A stretch of 64,000 bases of DNA from Candidatus Doudnabacteria bacterium (lineage in GTDB: Bacteria; Patescibacteriota; Doudnabacteria; UBA920): the NCBI GenBank assembly GCA_038230955.1, contig JBBRMG010000001.1, positions 18,312 to 82,311 on the forward strand. Reading direction: 5' to 3'. Below are positions 10,213 to 19,182 of the stretch, piece by piece. A model generated the notes under the pieces. That model made no database searches. It was not told where the DNA came from and was given only the letters and a program-made list of their open reading frames with translations. Position numbers and translations under genes: made by a program. How positions within the stretch are numbered: the stretch's first letter is position 1; every line of letters begins with the position of its first letter.

Positions 10213-10854
10213 TTATTTTAAATACGTCTTCTCAATTACTGGCAAGCTTTCTTTCAATACCAACATAGTATCGGCTTTCAGCACATCAGTAATATTAAGA
10301 CTTGTAGCAAAAGCGGAATTAATCGCCTGGAGGTTACGGGAAGCACGGACTAATGATTCGTCTTTCTTCGGCAACAAGAACATCTGTTTCTTACCAAGGC
10401 CTTTCAAAGCTTTGTCAAAGCCAGCAATAATCTTGATAAATTCTTTAGTCTTTGGGGTCTCTAATTTAATCCCATCTATAATAATCAACTTACCATCTTT
10501 AGCCTTATCAGATAAAGACATAAACAAAGCTTTAGTCTTCGCTTTCTTGTTGATCTTTAGTTCCCAGTTACGATCGGATGTTGGACCAAAAGTCACACCG
10601 CCGCCACGCCACAGTGGGCTACGGATAGAACCAGCACGAGCTCGGCCAGTCCCCTTTTGCTTGTGAGGCTTTTTACCACCACCAGATACTTCACCACGGT
10701 TCTTTGTATTGGCCAAACCTTTACGAGCATTGGAAGCTTGTACGCGAACAGACTCAGCCATTAAATGAATGGACGGCTTTACTTCAAAAATCCTCGAGTT
10801 CAGTTCGATCTCGCCAATTGTTTCAGCTTTCTGATTGTAGACAGGAACTTTCAT
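10213..10854 (-). CDS. rplD: 50S ribosomal protein L4
   Basis: 213 aa, Gly/Arg-rich region (KGTGRARxGSxRSPxWRGGG) and operon position. Confidence 0.92.
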   Translation of the reverse strand: MKVPVYNQKAETIGEIELNSRIFEVKPSIHLMAESVRVQASNARKGLANTKNRGEVSGGGKKPHKQKGTGRARAGSIRSPLWRGGGVTFGPTSDRNWELKINKKAKTKALFMSLSDKAKDGKLIIIDGIKLETPKTKEFIKIIAGFDKALKGLGKKQMFLLPKKDESLVRASRNLQAINSAFATSLNITDVLKADTMLVLKESLPVIEKTYLK

Positions 10855-10860
10855 AGGAGA

Positions 10861-11556
10861 TTATTTCTTCTTTTTATCGTCTACTATTGGAGCAACAAAT
10901 AATGGTTTGATAATACCAGTGGACATAATCTTAATCATACCGCCACGAGTACCAGGAATAGCACCACGGACAGCTAATAGATGACGGGCTTCATCGATCT
11001 CTACAATCTGGAGATTCTTTACAGTAACGGCTTGAGTGCCCATGTGACCGGCCATGCGCATGCCCTTACGGACGTGCTGAGGGAAACGTTGTCCAATGGA
11101 ACCAACGCTACGAGGTTTGTCGTGACCATGGCTGGCAGGAAAACCGTGAAAACCATGGCGCTTCATAGCCCCGGCAAAGCCGCGGCCTTTCATGATACCA
11201 ACGCAATTGACTACTTCACCGACTTGGAAGATTGAGGCATCAATCTTTTTACCCAGTTCATAGTCCGCTACATCGGAAACACGAAATTCTGTTGTGGCAC
11301 CAATACCGCTACCCTTAGCAGTAGCTGATTCATTGGACTTCTTCAAATGGCCAACCATTGGCTTGTTATGAGAGCGCTTCCCAGAAACGGATGCGGACAC
11401 CCCGACCTGAACAGCAGTATAGCCATCTTTGCCGTCGGCAGTCTTAATCTGAGTAATAAACATTGGAGGCACTTTGACCATAGTAACTGGAATAACTTCA
11501 CCTAATTCAGTGAAGTGGGTAGACATATTCATTTTGGTGCCGACAATAAAGTTCAT
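10861..11556 (-). CDS. rplC: 50S ribosomal protein L3
   Basis: GxKxxMT N-terminal region, FxxGxxVDVxGxxKGKGFxGxMKRHxF motif, and operon position. Confidence 0.93.
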   Translation of the reverse strand: MNFIVGTKMNMSTHFTELGEVIPVTMVKVPPMFITQIKTADGKDGYTAVQVGVSASVSGKRSHNKPMVGHLKKSNESATAKGSGIGATTEFRVSDVADYELGKKIDASIFQVGEVVNCVGIMKGRGFAGAMKRHGFHGFPASHGHDKPRSVGSIGQRFPQHVRKGMRMAGHMGTQAVTVKNLQIVEIDEARHLLAVRGAIPGTRGGMIKIMSTGIIKPLFVAPIVDDKKKK

Positions 11557-11757
11557 CTAGATTATTTTGGGTTATTCTTGCGTTATTTTGTTACGTTTGG
11601 TTGTGTTTGGAGTATTAAAAAAAGTGGAACCTGTCCACTTACCCATAATAAAAGCTTTTTAAGCTTTACTTCGGATAAATGGTTATCTGGTGGGATTAGC
11701 TGGTTAGGCTGGCATCCGTTAAGAACTCACTTATACTTTAAATTGTGTTTAACTCAA

Positions 11758-12081
11758 TTAGCTCATCTTAATTTCCACGTCCACACCAGCCGGTAAATTG
11801 AGGTTGGTCAGTGAATCTACGGTTTTCGGAGTAGCGTCGAAGATGTCGATCATCCGTTTGTGTACCCGCATTTCAAACTGTTCTCGGCTATCCTTGAACT
11901 TGAAGGTCGCTTTGAGTACGGTGTACTTGGTCTTCTCCGTCGGCAAAGGGACTGGACCAGAAATGGTGGCTCCAGTGCGCTTGGCCGTTTCTACGATCTG
12001 TTTGGCGCTCTGGTCAATCAGTTTATGGTCGTAGGCACGGATTTTGATGCGGATTTTCGGCTTTGCAGCTTCCTTTTCCAT
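11758..12081 (-). CDS. rpsJ: 30S ribosomal protein S10
   Basis: S10 core KIRIKxxAYDHKxxDQS. The ORF also extends to a TTG at 12123, which would add 14 aa, so the start is uncertain and ATG 12081 is preferred. Confidence 0.88.
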   Translation of the reverse strand: MEKEAAKPKIRIKIRAYDHKLIDQSAKQIVETAKRTGATISGPVPLPTEKTKYTVLKATFKFKDSREQFEMRVHKRMIDIFDATPKTVDSLTNLNLPAGVDVEIKMS

Positions 12082-12206
12082 GAGATTCGTTAGACTGGAA
12101 TTATAAATTTGTTCCCTGAGCAACGCTCAGAAAATACGACTAATACAAATGTATATAGCCATTAGCGGTATTTTAAATCATTATGAATTAAATGTCAACT
12201 ATTTAT

Positions 12207-12248
12207 GAAAAAGAGGGGTGGTTTTTGCTTGAGAGCAATAACCACCCC
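12207..12248 (-). terminator. rho-independent terminator on the minus strand, downstream of gene 12285-12914 and upstream of the S10 operon
   Basis: Stem ggggtggtt (12215-12223) / aaccacccc (12240-12248), with a T-run on the minus strand (aaaaa 12208-12212 on the plus strand). Confidence 0.7.
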
Positions 12249-12284
12249 ATAGAACTTCACGCATCTTCACGATTCAACGAGGAT

Positions 12285-12914
12285 TTAGAACGCCAGACTG
12301 TTTTCAAGTCCATGGTCTGGAACGGTCCAGTCCTCAGGCGTCCAATTCTTCGGCATATTCATTTTGACCTTTGTACGACGGTAAACCAAAATCCATCGTC
12401 CGTCGCCAAACGCATTAGACTTTAGAAATACCAACGTTTCAGGCGCCGCGTCCCCTTCTGGGTCCGCCAACCATTCAGCCGTAAATCCTTTGGCTTGTAA
12501 TATTGACGCATCGTTTTGCGCATCATCCAGAGGATTTGATGTAACGATTTGATAACCGGCAACAGGGTTACCCAACCTTGTCGATAGTTCGAGACGAGTA
12601 AAGTTCACAATGGTATCGTTCCGTAAAAATGCACGGTCCACTTGAGAACTGTTATCTTTCATGACCGGCACATTGCCGCCGCCATGATTATTTAAAACAG
12701 TCAGTACAGCAAGCTGCGCTTCCTTAGTCGAAGTTGCTAATATGGCACCGCCGCCATTATCCGGAAACGGTAAGAAATTGCCACCTCGGAAAAAAGTAAC
12801 GGTAGAATACACTCCTACCAACGTGAAAAGAAGAATGAACGTTTTTGGCGCAAAACTCTTAACGAGATTACTTTTGAAAGTGCTAAAGAATATGATCGCG
12901 GACTCCGACCGCAT
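12285..12914 (-). CDS. hypothetical membrane-anchored protein, possibly with LytR_C-like domains
   Basis: N-terminal TM helix and weak resemblance to the LytR C-terminal domain (VLNNHGGGNV). No firm assignment. Confidence 0.55.
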   Translation of the reverse strand: MRSESAIIFFSTFKSNLVKSFAPKTFILLFTLVGVYSTVTFFRGGNFLPFPDNGGGAILATSTKEAQLAVLTVLNNHGGGNVPVMKDNSSQVDRAFLRNDTIVNFTRLELSTRLGNPVAGYQIVTSNPLDDAQNDASILQAKGFTAEWLADPEGDAAPETLVFLKSNAFGDGRWILVYRRTKVKMNMPKNWTPEDWTVPDHGLENSLAF

Positions 12915-13446
12915 AACCGACCGAGACTACAACCAAATGGACTACCACGCCACCCACGATAACAATTGCCCAATCACCTATTGAAAACGTTATATAAAAA
13001 GCCACTGCAATTAATGCACCTAGCGTCGAGTCCAGTTGGTCGTAAGGAAACCAAGTCTGTCCCGATGGAATATCTATAGCCCGCTTAAAAAAACTTTTAA
13101 TTGCATCCCCAGCTAAGGCGCCAAAGCCGAGCAGAAACCCTAATATTAAAGGGTTGGCAGATTTATAAAACTGCGGTAATTTGTCGGCTAATGCCGGCCA
13201 CCCGGTAACCAAAGAAAATTGCAACACAGTAATAATAACCCCGACAATCACTCCAGCTATAAGCCCGCGAATGGTTTTATGATCACCTAATACACGGCGG
13301 CCACGAATTTTCGCATGAAAATCTAGTGGGTGCGACCATCTGGACAACACAGGCATTTTCGCTACTAATACCGGCGCCATATTAGCAACAATGGCTGGCA
13401 AAAATAACCAGCATAGAAATGCAAATTCTTTTAGAAAATTATTCAT
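12883..13446 (-). CDS. carS: CDP-archaeol synthase (CarS)-like CTP:lipid cytidylyltransferase
   Basis: Strong match to CarS family (DUF46) landmarks: LPAxxANxxPVL, PLDFxxxxRGRRxLGDxKTIxG, GALxGDxxxSFxKRxxxIxxG and DQLD. Confidence 0.8.
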   Translation of the reverse strand: MNNFLKEFAFLCWLFLPAIVANMAPVLVAKMPVLSRWSHPLDFHAKIRGRRVLGDHKTIRGLIAGVIVGVIITVLQFSLVTGWPALADKLPQFYKSANPLILGFLLGFGALAGDAIKSFFKRAIDIPSGQTWFPYDQLDSTLGALIAVAFYITFSIGDWAIVIVGGVVVHLVVVSVGYAVGVRDHIL

Positions 13447-14101
13447 ATGAGATTAAACCCAATCTTTTTTTCCATCTATTAATAGTAGGGTACAAATAAG
13501 CAGACAAGGGTGAATACTCCATCACTAAGTGGGCCTGCGCCAACTGCCCTAACAAATTAGTTCGAGTCGGCGGCTCCGCCAACTCTGTATACGCAGTACC
13601 CAAACCACTTTGCCCATGAGCATCACTCGAACTGGCAACAACAATATTGTACACTCGTGCAAACTCCACTGCCATATTATATTTGCCTCGACCCCACCCA
13701 CGACTATTAAACGCTTCGACAATATCTATGCCGGAGTGATGCTGTTCCAAGTCAGCCTTGTTTAAGCTGTGCCGCCCCAGCTCAAATGGATGGGGAATGT
13801 ACACCAACCCATCTTGTTCTTTAATAGAGCTAATTGTCTCCCCCACCGACAAACCCGCGGGAATTCGTTCCGATAAGTAGAGTCCAATAATTTCTCCACC
13901 TAAACTCAAAATTTCTTCACCAATAATAATCTGATCCCCAATTTTATTGCGTAGGCTCACAGCATTACGAATCTCCTCATGATCTGTAATAGCAATGTAA
14001 TTCAACTGGCCAGCCGCCAATATACTGGAATACTCAAAAGCTTGCACTCCCCCATCCTGTGATACAATTGAGTGGGTATGAAAATCTACTTTAAATGACA
14101 T
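13439..14101 (-). CDS. PHP-domain phosphoesterase
   Basis: PHP motifs VDFHTHS, TDHEE and DAHG. The ORF extends to 14185; MSFKVDFHTHS at 14101 is the expected PHP N-terminus. Confidence 0.75.
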   Translation of the reverse strand: MSFKVDFHTHSIVSQDGGVQAFEYSSILAAGQLNYIAITDHEEIRNAVSLRNKIGDQIIIGEEILSLGGEIIGLYLSERIPAGLSVGETISSIKEQDGLVYIPHPFELGRHSLNKADLEQHHSGIDIVEAFNSRGWGRGKYNMAVEFARVYNIVVASSSDAHGQSGLGTAYTELAEPPTRTNLLGQLAQAHLVMEYSPLSAYLYPTINRWKKRLGLISYE

Positions 14102-14696
14102 GTTAAAATATTTAAAACCATATACCGAATCTGCTTTGCAGAAATTGTTAAGGCATGCGCCTCGCATCAATCCGAATATTATCACGATAGCGGGCTTATT
14201 ACCACCTATCTTTTTTATGTACTTTTTAATTCAGGGTCGATACGGCTGGGCCATACTGTTTTTCTTTGGCGCTTTGCTCGATTTAATAGATGGGGCTTAT
14301 GCTCGCATGACCCATCAGGACACAAAATTTGGAGCAGTATTGGACGCCAGTCTCGACCGAATATCTGATGCAATTATTATCACTGCTTTTGGGTTTGCTG
14401 GGTTAGTTAGTTGGTGGTTATGCGTGGCATTGCTTACAGCGTCCGTCACTATTAGCTACATCAAAGCGCGGGGCGAAGTTTACGCGCCGAGAGCCAAAGC
14501 ATTATCCGTCGGACCCATTGAACGGGCCGAACGGTTGGCATTACTTGCTCTGGGCTTAATTTTATTGGCACTATTCACCAACCGAGAAGCAGGCCACACA
14601 ATTTTATACTATGATTTTGTCATTCTCATTGTACTTTCGAGCATAACAGTTATCCGACGCTTACTAGCAGCACATAAAATTCTGGCTGGGAAATAA
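14100..14696 (+). CDS. CDP-alcohol phosphatidyltransferase family protein
   Basis: Catalytic motif DxxDGxxARxx(8)GxxxDxxxD present as DLIDGAYARMTHQDTKFGAVLDASLDRISD. Multi-TM protein. Confidence 0.85.
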   Translation: MLKYLKPYTESALQKLLRHAPRINPNIITIAGLLPPIFFMYFLIQGRYGWAILFFFGALLDLIDGAYARMTHQDTKFGAVLDASLDRISDAIIITAFGFAGLVSWWLCVALLTASVTISYIKARGEVYAPRAKALSVGPIERAERLALLALGLILLALFTNREAGHTILYYDFVILIVLSSITVIRRLLAAHKILAGK

Positions 14697-14755
14697 AAAA
14701 ATGGGGCAAACAAAATTGTTCACCCCACAAAACTGCAAAAATTTTTGATTACCTG

Positions 14756-15351
14756 CTAGTTAAATCGCATTGTTGCTACGGGACTATTGTTAAAATCAAT
14801 AGCTTTACGGATCTGATACGACAACGCATTCGTTGTCAGGTCAATGACGTCATTGCCCGCCCAAACATTAATGCCTGAATTCTCTTGTGCAAGTGGCCTC
14901 CACATCATGCGCAACAAATTATTGTAAGGCCTCAATTCATCGCACAGGTCAAACACTGCTTTTTATCCGTTTTATAAAGCAGCGATACGGAATGCACTCG
15001 ATTGATAGTACGCGGCATTGAAGATTTAAGCATGTTTAGATTTCTGGCTAATGCCTCGCCCATATATGGACCCACGTCACCAGAAATTGCCACGATGCCG
15101 CCTATGTGAGCCTGAGCGATATTGCTAAAAATATTGGCCACTCTACCAGTTTCATAAATCATGACATTACAGGTCCGAAGATTGTTTTTGTATTTGACTC
15201 CCTCTTGCTCGAGCAATTTAATCATCTCTTTAGGGGCTGTTTCATTACCCAAACATGCAACCACATTTAAGTTTAAAACCAACAGCTTTCTAACTAATAG
15301 ATACAAGAACATGTCAGCCTCGTATCCAAAGATTACAACTGGATTGTTCAT
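14756..15351 (-). pseudogene. frameshifted paralog of gene 15407-16012: ORFs 14932-15351 and 14756-14956 align to consecutive parts of the intact copy
   Basis: The 139-aa ORF matches residues 10-150 of the 201-aa paralog (PVVIFGYEA...GGIVAISGDVG versus PIIIFASEA...GGIIGVVGRGG). The 66-aa ORF in another frame matches the paralog C-terminus (LAQENSGINVWAGNDVIDLTT versus LAKNSPGIAYIGSADSVDSIA). The overlap is near a T5 run at about 14961. Confidence 0.6.
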
Positions 15352-15406
15352 TGATGCACCTCCACAGAATTGTCATCCAAATTTAGAACTTAATACAGAT
15401 CCAAGA

Positions 15407-16012
15407 TTATACAGCACCGACCGTTTCGGCGTTTTTTCTTGTTATTGCCACATCGACCAAACTTGCAATGCTATCAACCGAGTCAGCGCTACCAATGTAA
15501 GCAATGCCGGGAGAGTTCTTGGCAAGACCATGCCATATGGCTTTCATTTTTGGGTTCAAAAATTGCTGGTGCGCCCTTATCTCGCCAATAATTTTTTCGC
15601 CCATCAAAGCAATAACACAGACAACAGCAATTTCGGACACGGTTTTAGGAAGCATGCCTCTGTTAAAATTGACATTATCCACCAAAGCCAATTCCGAATA
15701 GCCACCCCGACCAACCACACCTATTATGCCGCCCAGCGAAACCGGATTACCCATGTAACGGAACAACTCCTTGATTCTTTCTCTGTCAATAATGTGGGCA
15801 AATTGGATATCCAGATTACCCCCATAGGACTCCTTGTTTTCGTAGAACAAGCCGTCCAACTGAGTCTTGGCAAGCTCACTGGCCATACAAACAACGACTT
15901 GGCGATTATAGCTCAACAGCTTAACCACCAAGCAAAATAACAAATTTGTCGCCTCGCTGGCGAAAATTATAATTGGATCTTTCATCTTTTCCTCCCGAAA
16001 ATTTTTTACCAA
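15407..16012 (-). CDS. hypothetical protein, the intact member of a tandem paralog pair
   Basis: 201 aa, possibly Rossmann-like (hhhhFxSEA...GGIIGVVGRGG). No confident family. Confidence 0.6.
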   Translation of the reverse strand: MVKNFREEKMKDPIIIFASEATNLLFCLVVKLLSYNRQVVVCMASELAKTQLDGLFYENKESYGGNLDIQFAHIIDRERIKELFRYMGNPVSLGGIIGVVGRGGYSELALVDNVNFNRGMLPKTVSEIAVVCVIALMGEKIIGEIRAHQQFLNPKMKAIWHGLAKNSPGIAYIGSADSVDSIASLVDVAITRKNAETVGAV

Positions 16013-16131
16013 AATTTAAACCACCAGTCATCCTACCTCAAAACCCGAAATTAATCAAGCCTAGCAATAAAAAAAGACCCCCTTACGGAGGCCTTTTAAA
16101 TATAAGATTTACCTAGTAACTGCGAAAAGAA

Positions 16132-17319
16132 TTACTTAGTAATTTTGACTACCACGCCGGCACCAACTGTGCGGCCACCTTCGCGAATAGCAAACTTACC
16201 TTTTTCTTCCAAAGCGATCGGAGTGATCAACTTGACGGTAACAGTAACTGTATCGCCAGGCATAACCATTTCCTGACCATCAGGAAGGATGACTTCACCA
16301 GTCACGTCGGTTGTACGAACGTAGAACTGAGGTTTGTAACCTTTGAAGAATGGAGTGTGACGTCCACCTTCTTCTTTGGTCAAAACATAAATTTCAGCAT
16401 CGAATTCAGTATGAGGAGTAATAGAACCTGGCTTGGCCAAAACCTGACCACGTTCTACTTCTTCTTTCTTGATACCACGGAGCAACAAACCAGCGTTGTC
16501 ACCGGCCATACCGGAATCCAACTGCTTGTTAAACATTTCAATACCAGTCACAACAGTCTTAGTAGTTGGGCGAATACCGACGATTTCAACATCATTGTTG
16601 ATGTTAATTTCACCACGTTCAATACGACCAGTAACTACAGTACCACGACCTTCAATAGTGAAGATGTCTTCGATAGGCATGAGGAAAGGAAGATCTGTAG
16701 CACGAACTGGATCTGGAATAAATGTGTCCAAAGCATCCATTAACTTATGAATAGATGGTTCGCCCAAGTCAGATGTGTCGCCTTCCAAAGCTTTCAAAGC
16801 GGAACCACGGATAACCGGAGTATCCTTACCTGGGAATTCATACTTGGTCAAAAGATCACGAATTTCTTCTTCAACTAAATCAAGAAGTTCTGCGTCTTGC
16901 ACCATATCACACTTGTTCATGTAAACAACGATGTGAGGCACACCAACTTGCTTAGCAAGCAAGATGTGTTCACGGGTCTGAGGCATAGGACCATCAGTAG
17001 CGGAGACTACGAGGATAGCGCCATCCATTTGAGCCGCACCGGTAATCATATTCTTAATGTAGTCGGCGTGACCAGGACAGTCAACGTGAGCGTAGTGACG
17101 CTTGGCTGTTTCGTATTCTGCGTGTGAGGTATTAATCGTAATACCACGGGCCTTTTCTTCAGGGGCGTTGTCAATGCTCGAGTAATCGCGAGCTTTGGCG
17201 CCACCGGTCTTGGCCAATACCGTTGTGATAGCCGCAGTCAAAGTGGTCTTACCGTGGTCAACGTGACCAATGGTACCGACGTTAACGTGCGTCTTGGAAC
17301 GGTCAAACTTTTCTGCCAT
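16132..17319 (-). CDS. tuf: elongation factor Tu
   Basis: [18 protein letters not shown] and NKCD GTPase motifs. 395 aa. Confidence 0.97.
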   Translation of the reverse strand: MAEKFDRSKTHVNVGTIGHVDHGKTTLTAAITTVLAKTGGAKARDYSSIDNAPEEKARGITINTSHAEYETAKRHYAHVDCPGHADYIKNMITGAAQMDGAILVVSATDGPMPQTREHILLAKQVGVPHIVVYMNKCDMVQDAELLDLVEEEIRDLLTKYEFPGKDTPVIRGSALKALEGDTSDLGEPSIHKLMDALDTFIPDPVRATDLPFLMPIEDIFTIEGRGTVVTGRIERGEININNDVEIVGIRPTTKTVVTGIEMFNKQLDSGMAGDNAGLLLRGIKKEEVERGQVLAKPGSITPHTEFDAEIYVLTKEEGGRHTPFFKGYKPQFYVRTTDVTGEVILPDGQEMVMPGDTVTVTVKLITPIALEEKGKFAIREGGRTVGAGVVVKITK

Positions 17320-17577
17320 GTGTTCGTACCTTTCTTGCTGACTACAAAGTAGCGCAGCGATTCACCCGAGATGTCCCTCTCTCCATCCCCTCTGCCGGCC
17401 ACCTTAACACATTATAGTGTCGAGTGGCATCGAGGAGGTAAAGAGAGGGTATCTCTTTTTTTCCTGCTGGAATCCAGAGTGAATAATTAATTATTGATAG
17501 ACAAAAATATGACGGCAAAATACATTGCCAGTCAAGAGTTATTATAATGAGATACCCACCAGCCGTCAAGTTTTAGG

Positions 17578-18096
17578 ATGATTCGCCCAATCCCCCGCGC
17601 CATGGTAAATTACCATAGTATGAATAATGAACCAACGACCAAAATTCTTATCGCCTACAGCACTCTAACCAATAATACGGCCGATGCCGCCACGGCTCTT
17701 CATGAGTCCTTGCGAACAGACTTTCCGGCGCGAATTTTTGAGCTACTTAATATAATCGATATAACTATTGCCCAATTCGCCAATTACGACTTGGTTATTT
17801 TTGGTTCGCCCACCTGGGACGATGGTCCGACTGGCGACACCGAAGCTCTACTCCAAAACCTCGAGGCAACAAAGCCAGATTTGTCCGGTCAAAAATTTGC
17901 CCTATTTGGCTTGGGTGATAAATCTTACGAACCATTCTTCTGCGCCTCTATCTATGAAGTGAAGAAACAATTTGAGAAATATGGCGCACATGTTTTTGCC
18001 GATGTCCATACAATTGACGGCTACCCAATTGATACATTACTAGCCGAACTCGCTCAGTGGGGCAAAACTGTTATTGCAAATATAAATAAGATATAA
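17578..18096 (+). CDS. flavodoxin
   Basis: KILIAYSTLTNNT phosphate-binding loop and the FGSPTWDDG...FGLGDKSY FMN-binding pattern. The true start may be ATG 17620. Confidence 0.8.
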   Translation: MIRPIPRAMVNYHSMNNEPTTKILIAYSTLTNNTADAATALHESLRTDFPARIFELLNIIDITIAQFANYDLVIFGSPTWDDGPTGDTEALLQNLEATKPDLSGQKFALFGLGDKSYEPFFCASIYEVKKQFEKYGAHVFADVHTIDGYPIDTLLAELAQWGKTVIANINKI

Positions 18097-18309
18097 ACTA
18101 AACTTTACTTTTTATTTAGGGGAATTTGATAGGCGTTTGTGTACCATAAATTTGCGTGGGCCAGTCGTCTAACTAGTTAGGACAGGTCCTTGTCAAAGAT
18201 CAAACCCGGGTGCAAGACCCGGCTGGTCCACCATTGACTTGACATGGTAGCAAGTCGTGCTAGAATAATAGTACTTTGACAAGGATCATGGGTATAGAAA
18301 CTTGCACCC

Positions 18310-18345
18310 AAAAAAAACAGCTCTCAGAAATGAGAGCTGTTTTTG
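18310..18345. terminator. bidirectional rho-independent terminator between the convergent flavodoxin and 18363-18698 genes
   Basis: A8 run, then stem cagctctca / tgagagctg, then a T5 run. Confidence 0.75.
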
Positions 18346-18362
18346 TATCCCTTATTATCTTT

Positions 18363-18698
18363 CTAGATATCTTCAAACTCAGTTTGAATGGCTTCGTCAT
18401 CACCGCTACCGTAATCAAAATTAGGATCCATGACTTCGGCGCGCAAATCTACCCTCTGTGGTTTTGGGCTACTAGTGTATGTGTTGGGCATGATCGGCGC
18501 TTCAGCCAACTGAGCTTCAGTAATTTGCCGATTTATACTCTCAATGTCTTCTATCTGATGTTTTAATTTACCCAACAATAAACGCTCATACTCATCAACA
18601 CCCAAAATGACTAACTTAATATCGCCAGACTCGTCCATAATGAATGTTTTGCCAGTGTCGTTCTGAACTAGTTTTATAATATCTTGTAGAGAGGTCAT
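18363..18698 (-). CDS. hypothetical protein with a Phd/YefM-like antitoxin-fold N-terminus and an acidic C-terminal tail
   Basis: The N-terminal 45 aa resemble Phd/YefM (TFIMDESGDIKLVILGVDEYERL). No adjacent toxin. Confidence 0.55.
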   Translation of the reverse strand: MTSLQDIIKLVQNDTGKTFIMDESGDIKLVILGVDEYERLLLGKLKHQIEDIESINRQITEAQLAEAPIMPNTYTSSPKPQRVDLRAEVMDPNFDYGSGDDEAIQTEFEDI

Positions 18699-18781
18699 AT
18701 ATTGACAAATGAATTAGTGTCCCCTATTATATCCTATAACCTCAGAAGGTTCAATGCAGAAAAAACGAAGGAGATATCGCA

Positions 18782-19003
18782 ATGGCAACATATTTTGTTA
18801 GTGGACAACACGTTAAATCAATTCCTGGATTTGGCAACACACCAAACCCTTCTCACTTCGAGATAATCATTGAAGGACCAATAATAAGATCCCAATCGGA
18901 CTACCAGACTCATATTCGAGACCAGGTTGTCGATAAGCTTGACCTCGATACAAGCAAGGATCTTCTGTGGATTAAAACCTGCAATGTCCTCTTTAAGACA
19001 TAG
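18782..19003 (+). CDS. hypothetical small protein
   Basis: 73-aa ORF in an intergenic gap. No motifs. Confidence 0.35.
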   Translation: MATYFVSGQHVKSIPGFGNTPNPSHFEIIIEGPIIRSQSDYQTHIRDQVVDKLDLDTSKDLLWIKTCNVLFKT

Positions 19004-19182
19004 CTATTTGCTTGTTGATTACCAAAAACGCCGCCCGGACCAAAATCCGAGCGGCATCTTTTTTTATAATATCTTGGTGAAGGTTGTAATTTTATCTATA
19101 TATCTCTCAGTATTACTTAAGAAAACCATTGGAGCAACGCGACTGGTTTTCGTAGTAATACTGAAAGATACTAATGTTAATA

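Noticed and set aside
9466-10666. Long plus-strand ORFs (9466-10221, 9908-10666, 10981-11235 and others) overlapping rplB, rplW, rplD and rplC.
   Set aside because: They are antisense to highly conserved ribosomal protein genes, have low-complexity composition and no motifs. They are typical shadow ORFs.
12192-12425. Plus-strand ORFs 12192-12425 and 12742-12984.
   Set aside because: They overlap the terminator and intergenic region or are antisense to genes 12285-12914 and 12883-13446. They carry no signals.
17342-17569. A 75-aa minus-strand ORF and a plus-strand hairpin plus T-run (aaagagagggtatctcttttttt, 17440-17462) in the tuf upstream region.
   Set aside because: The ORF has no RBS and is Cys/Trp-rich. 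The hairpin lies in the tuf 5' region with no plus-strand gene upstream. It cannot be assigned.
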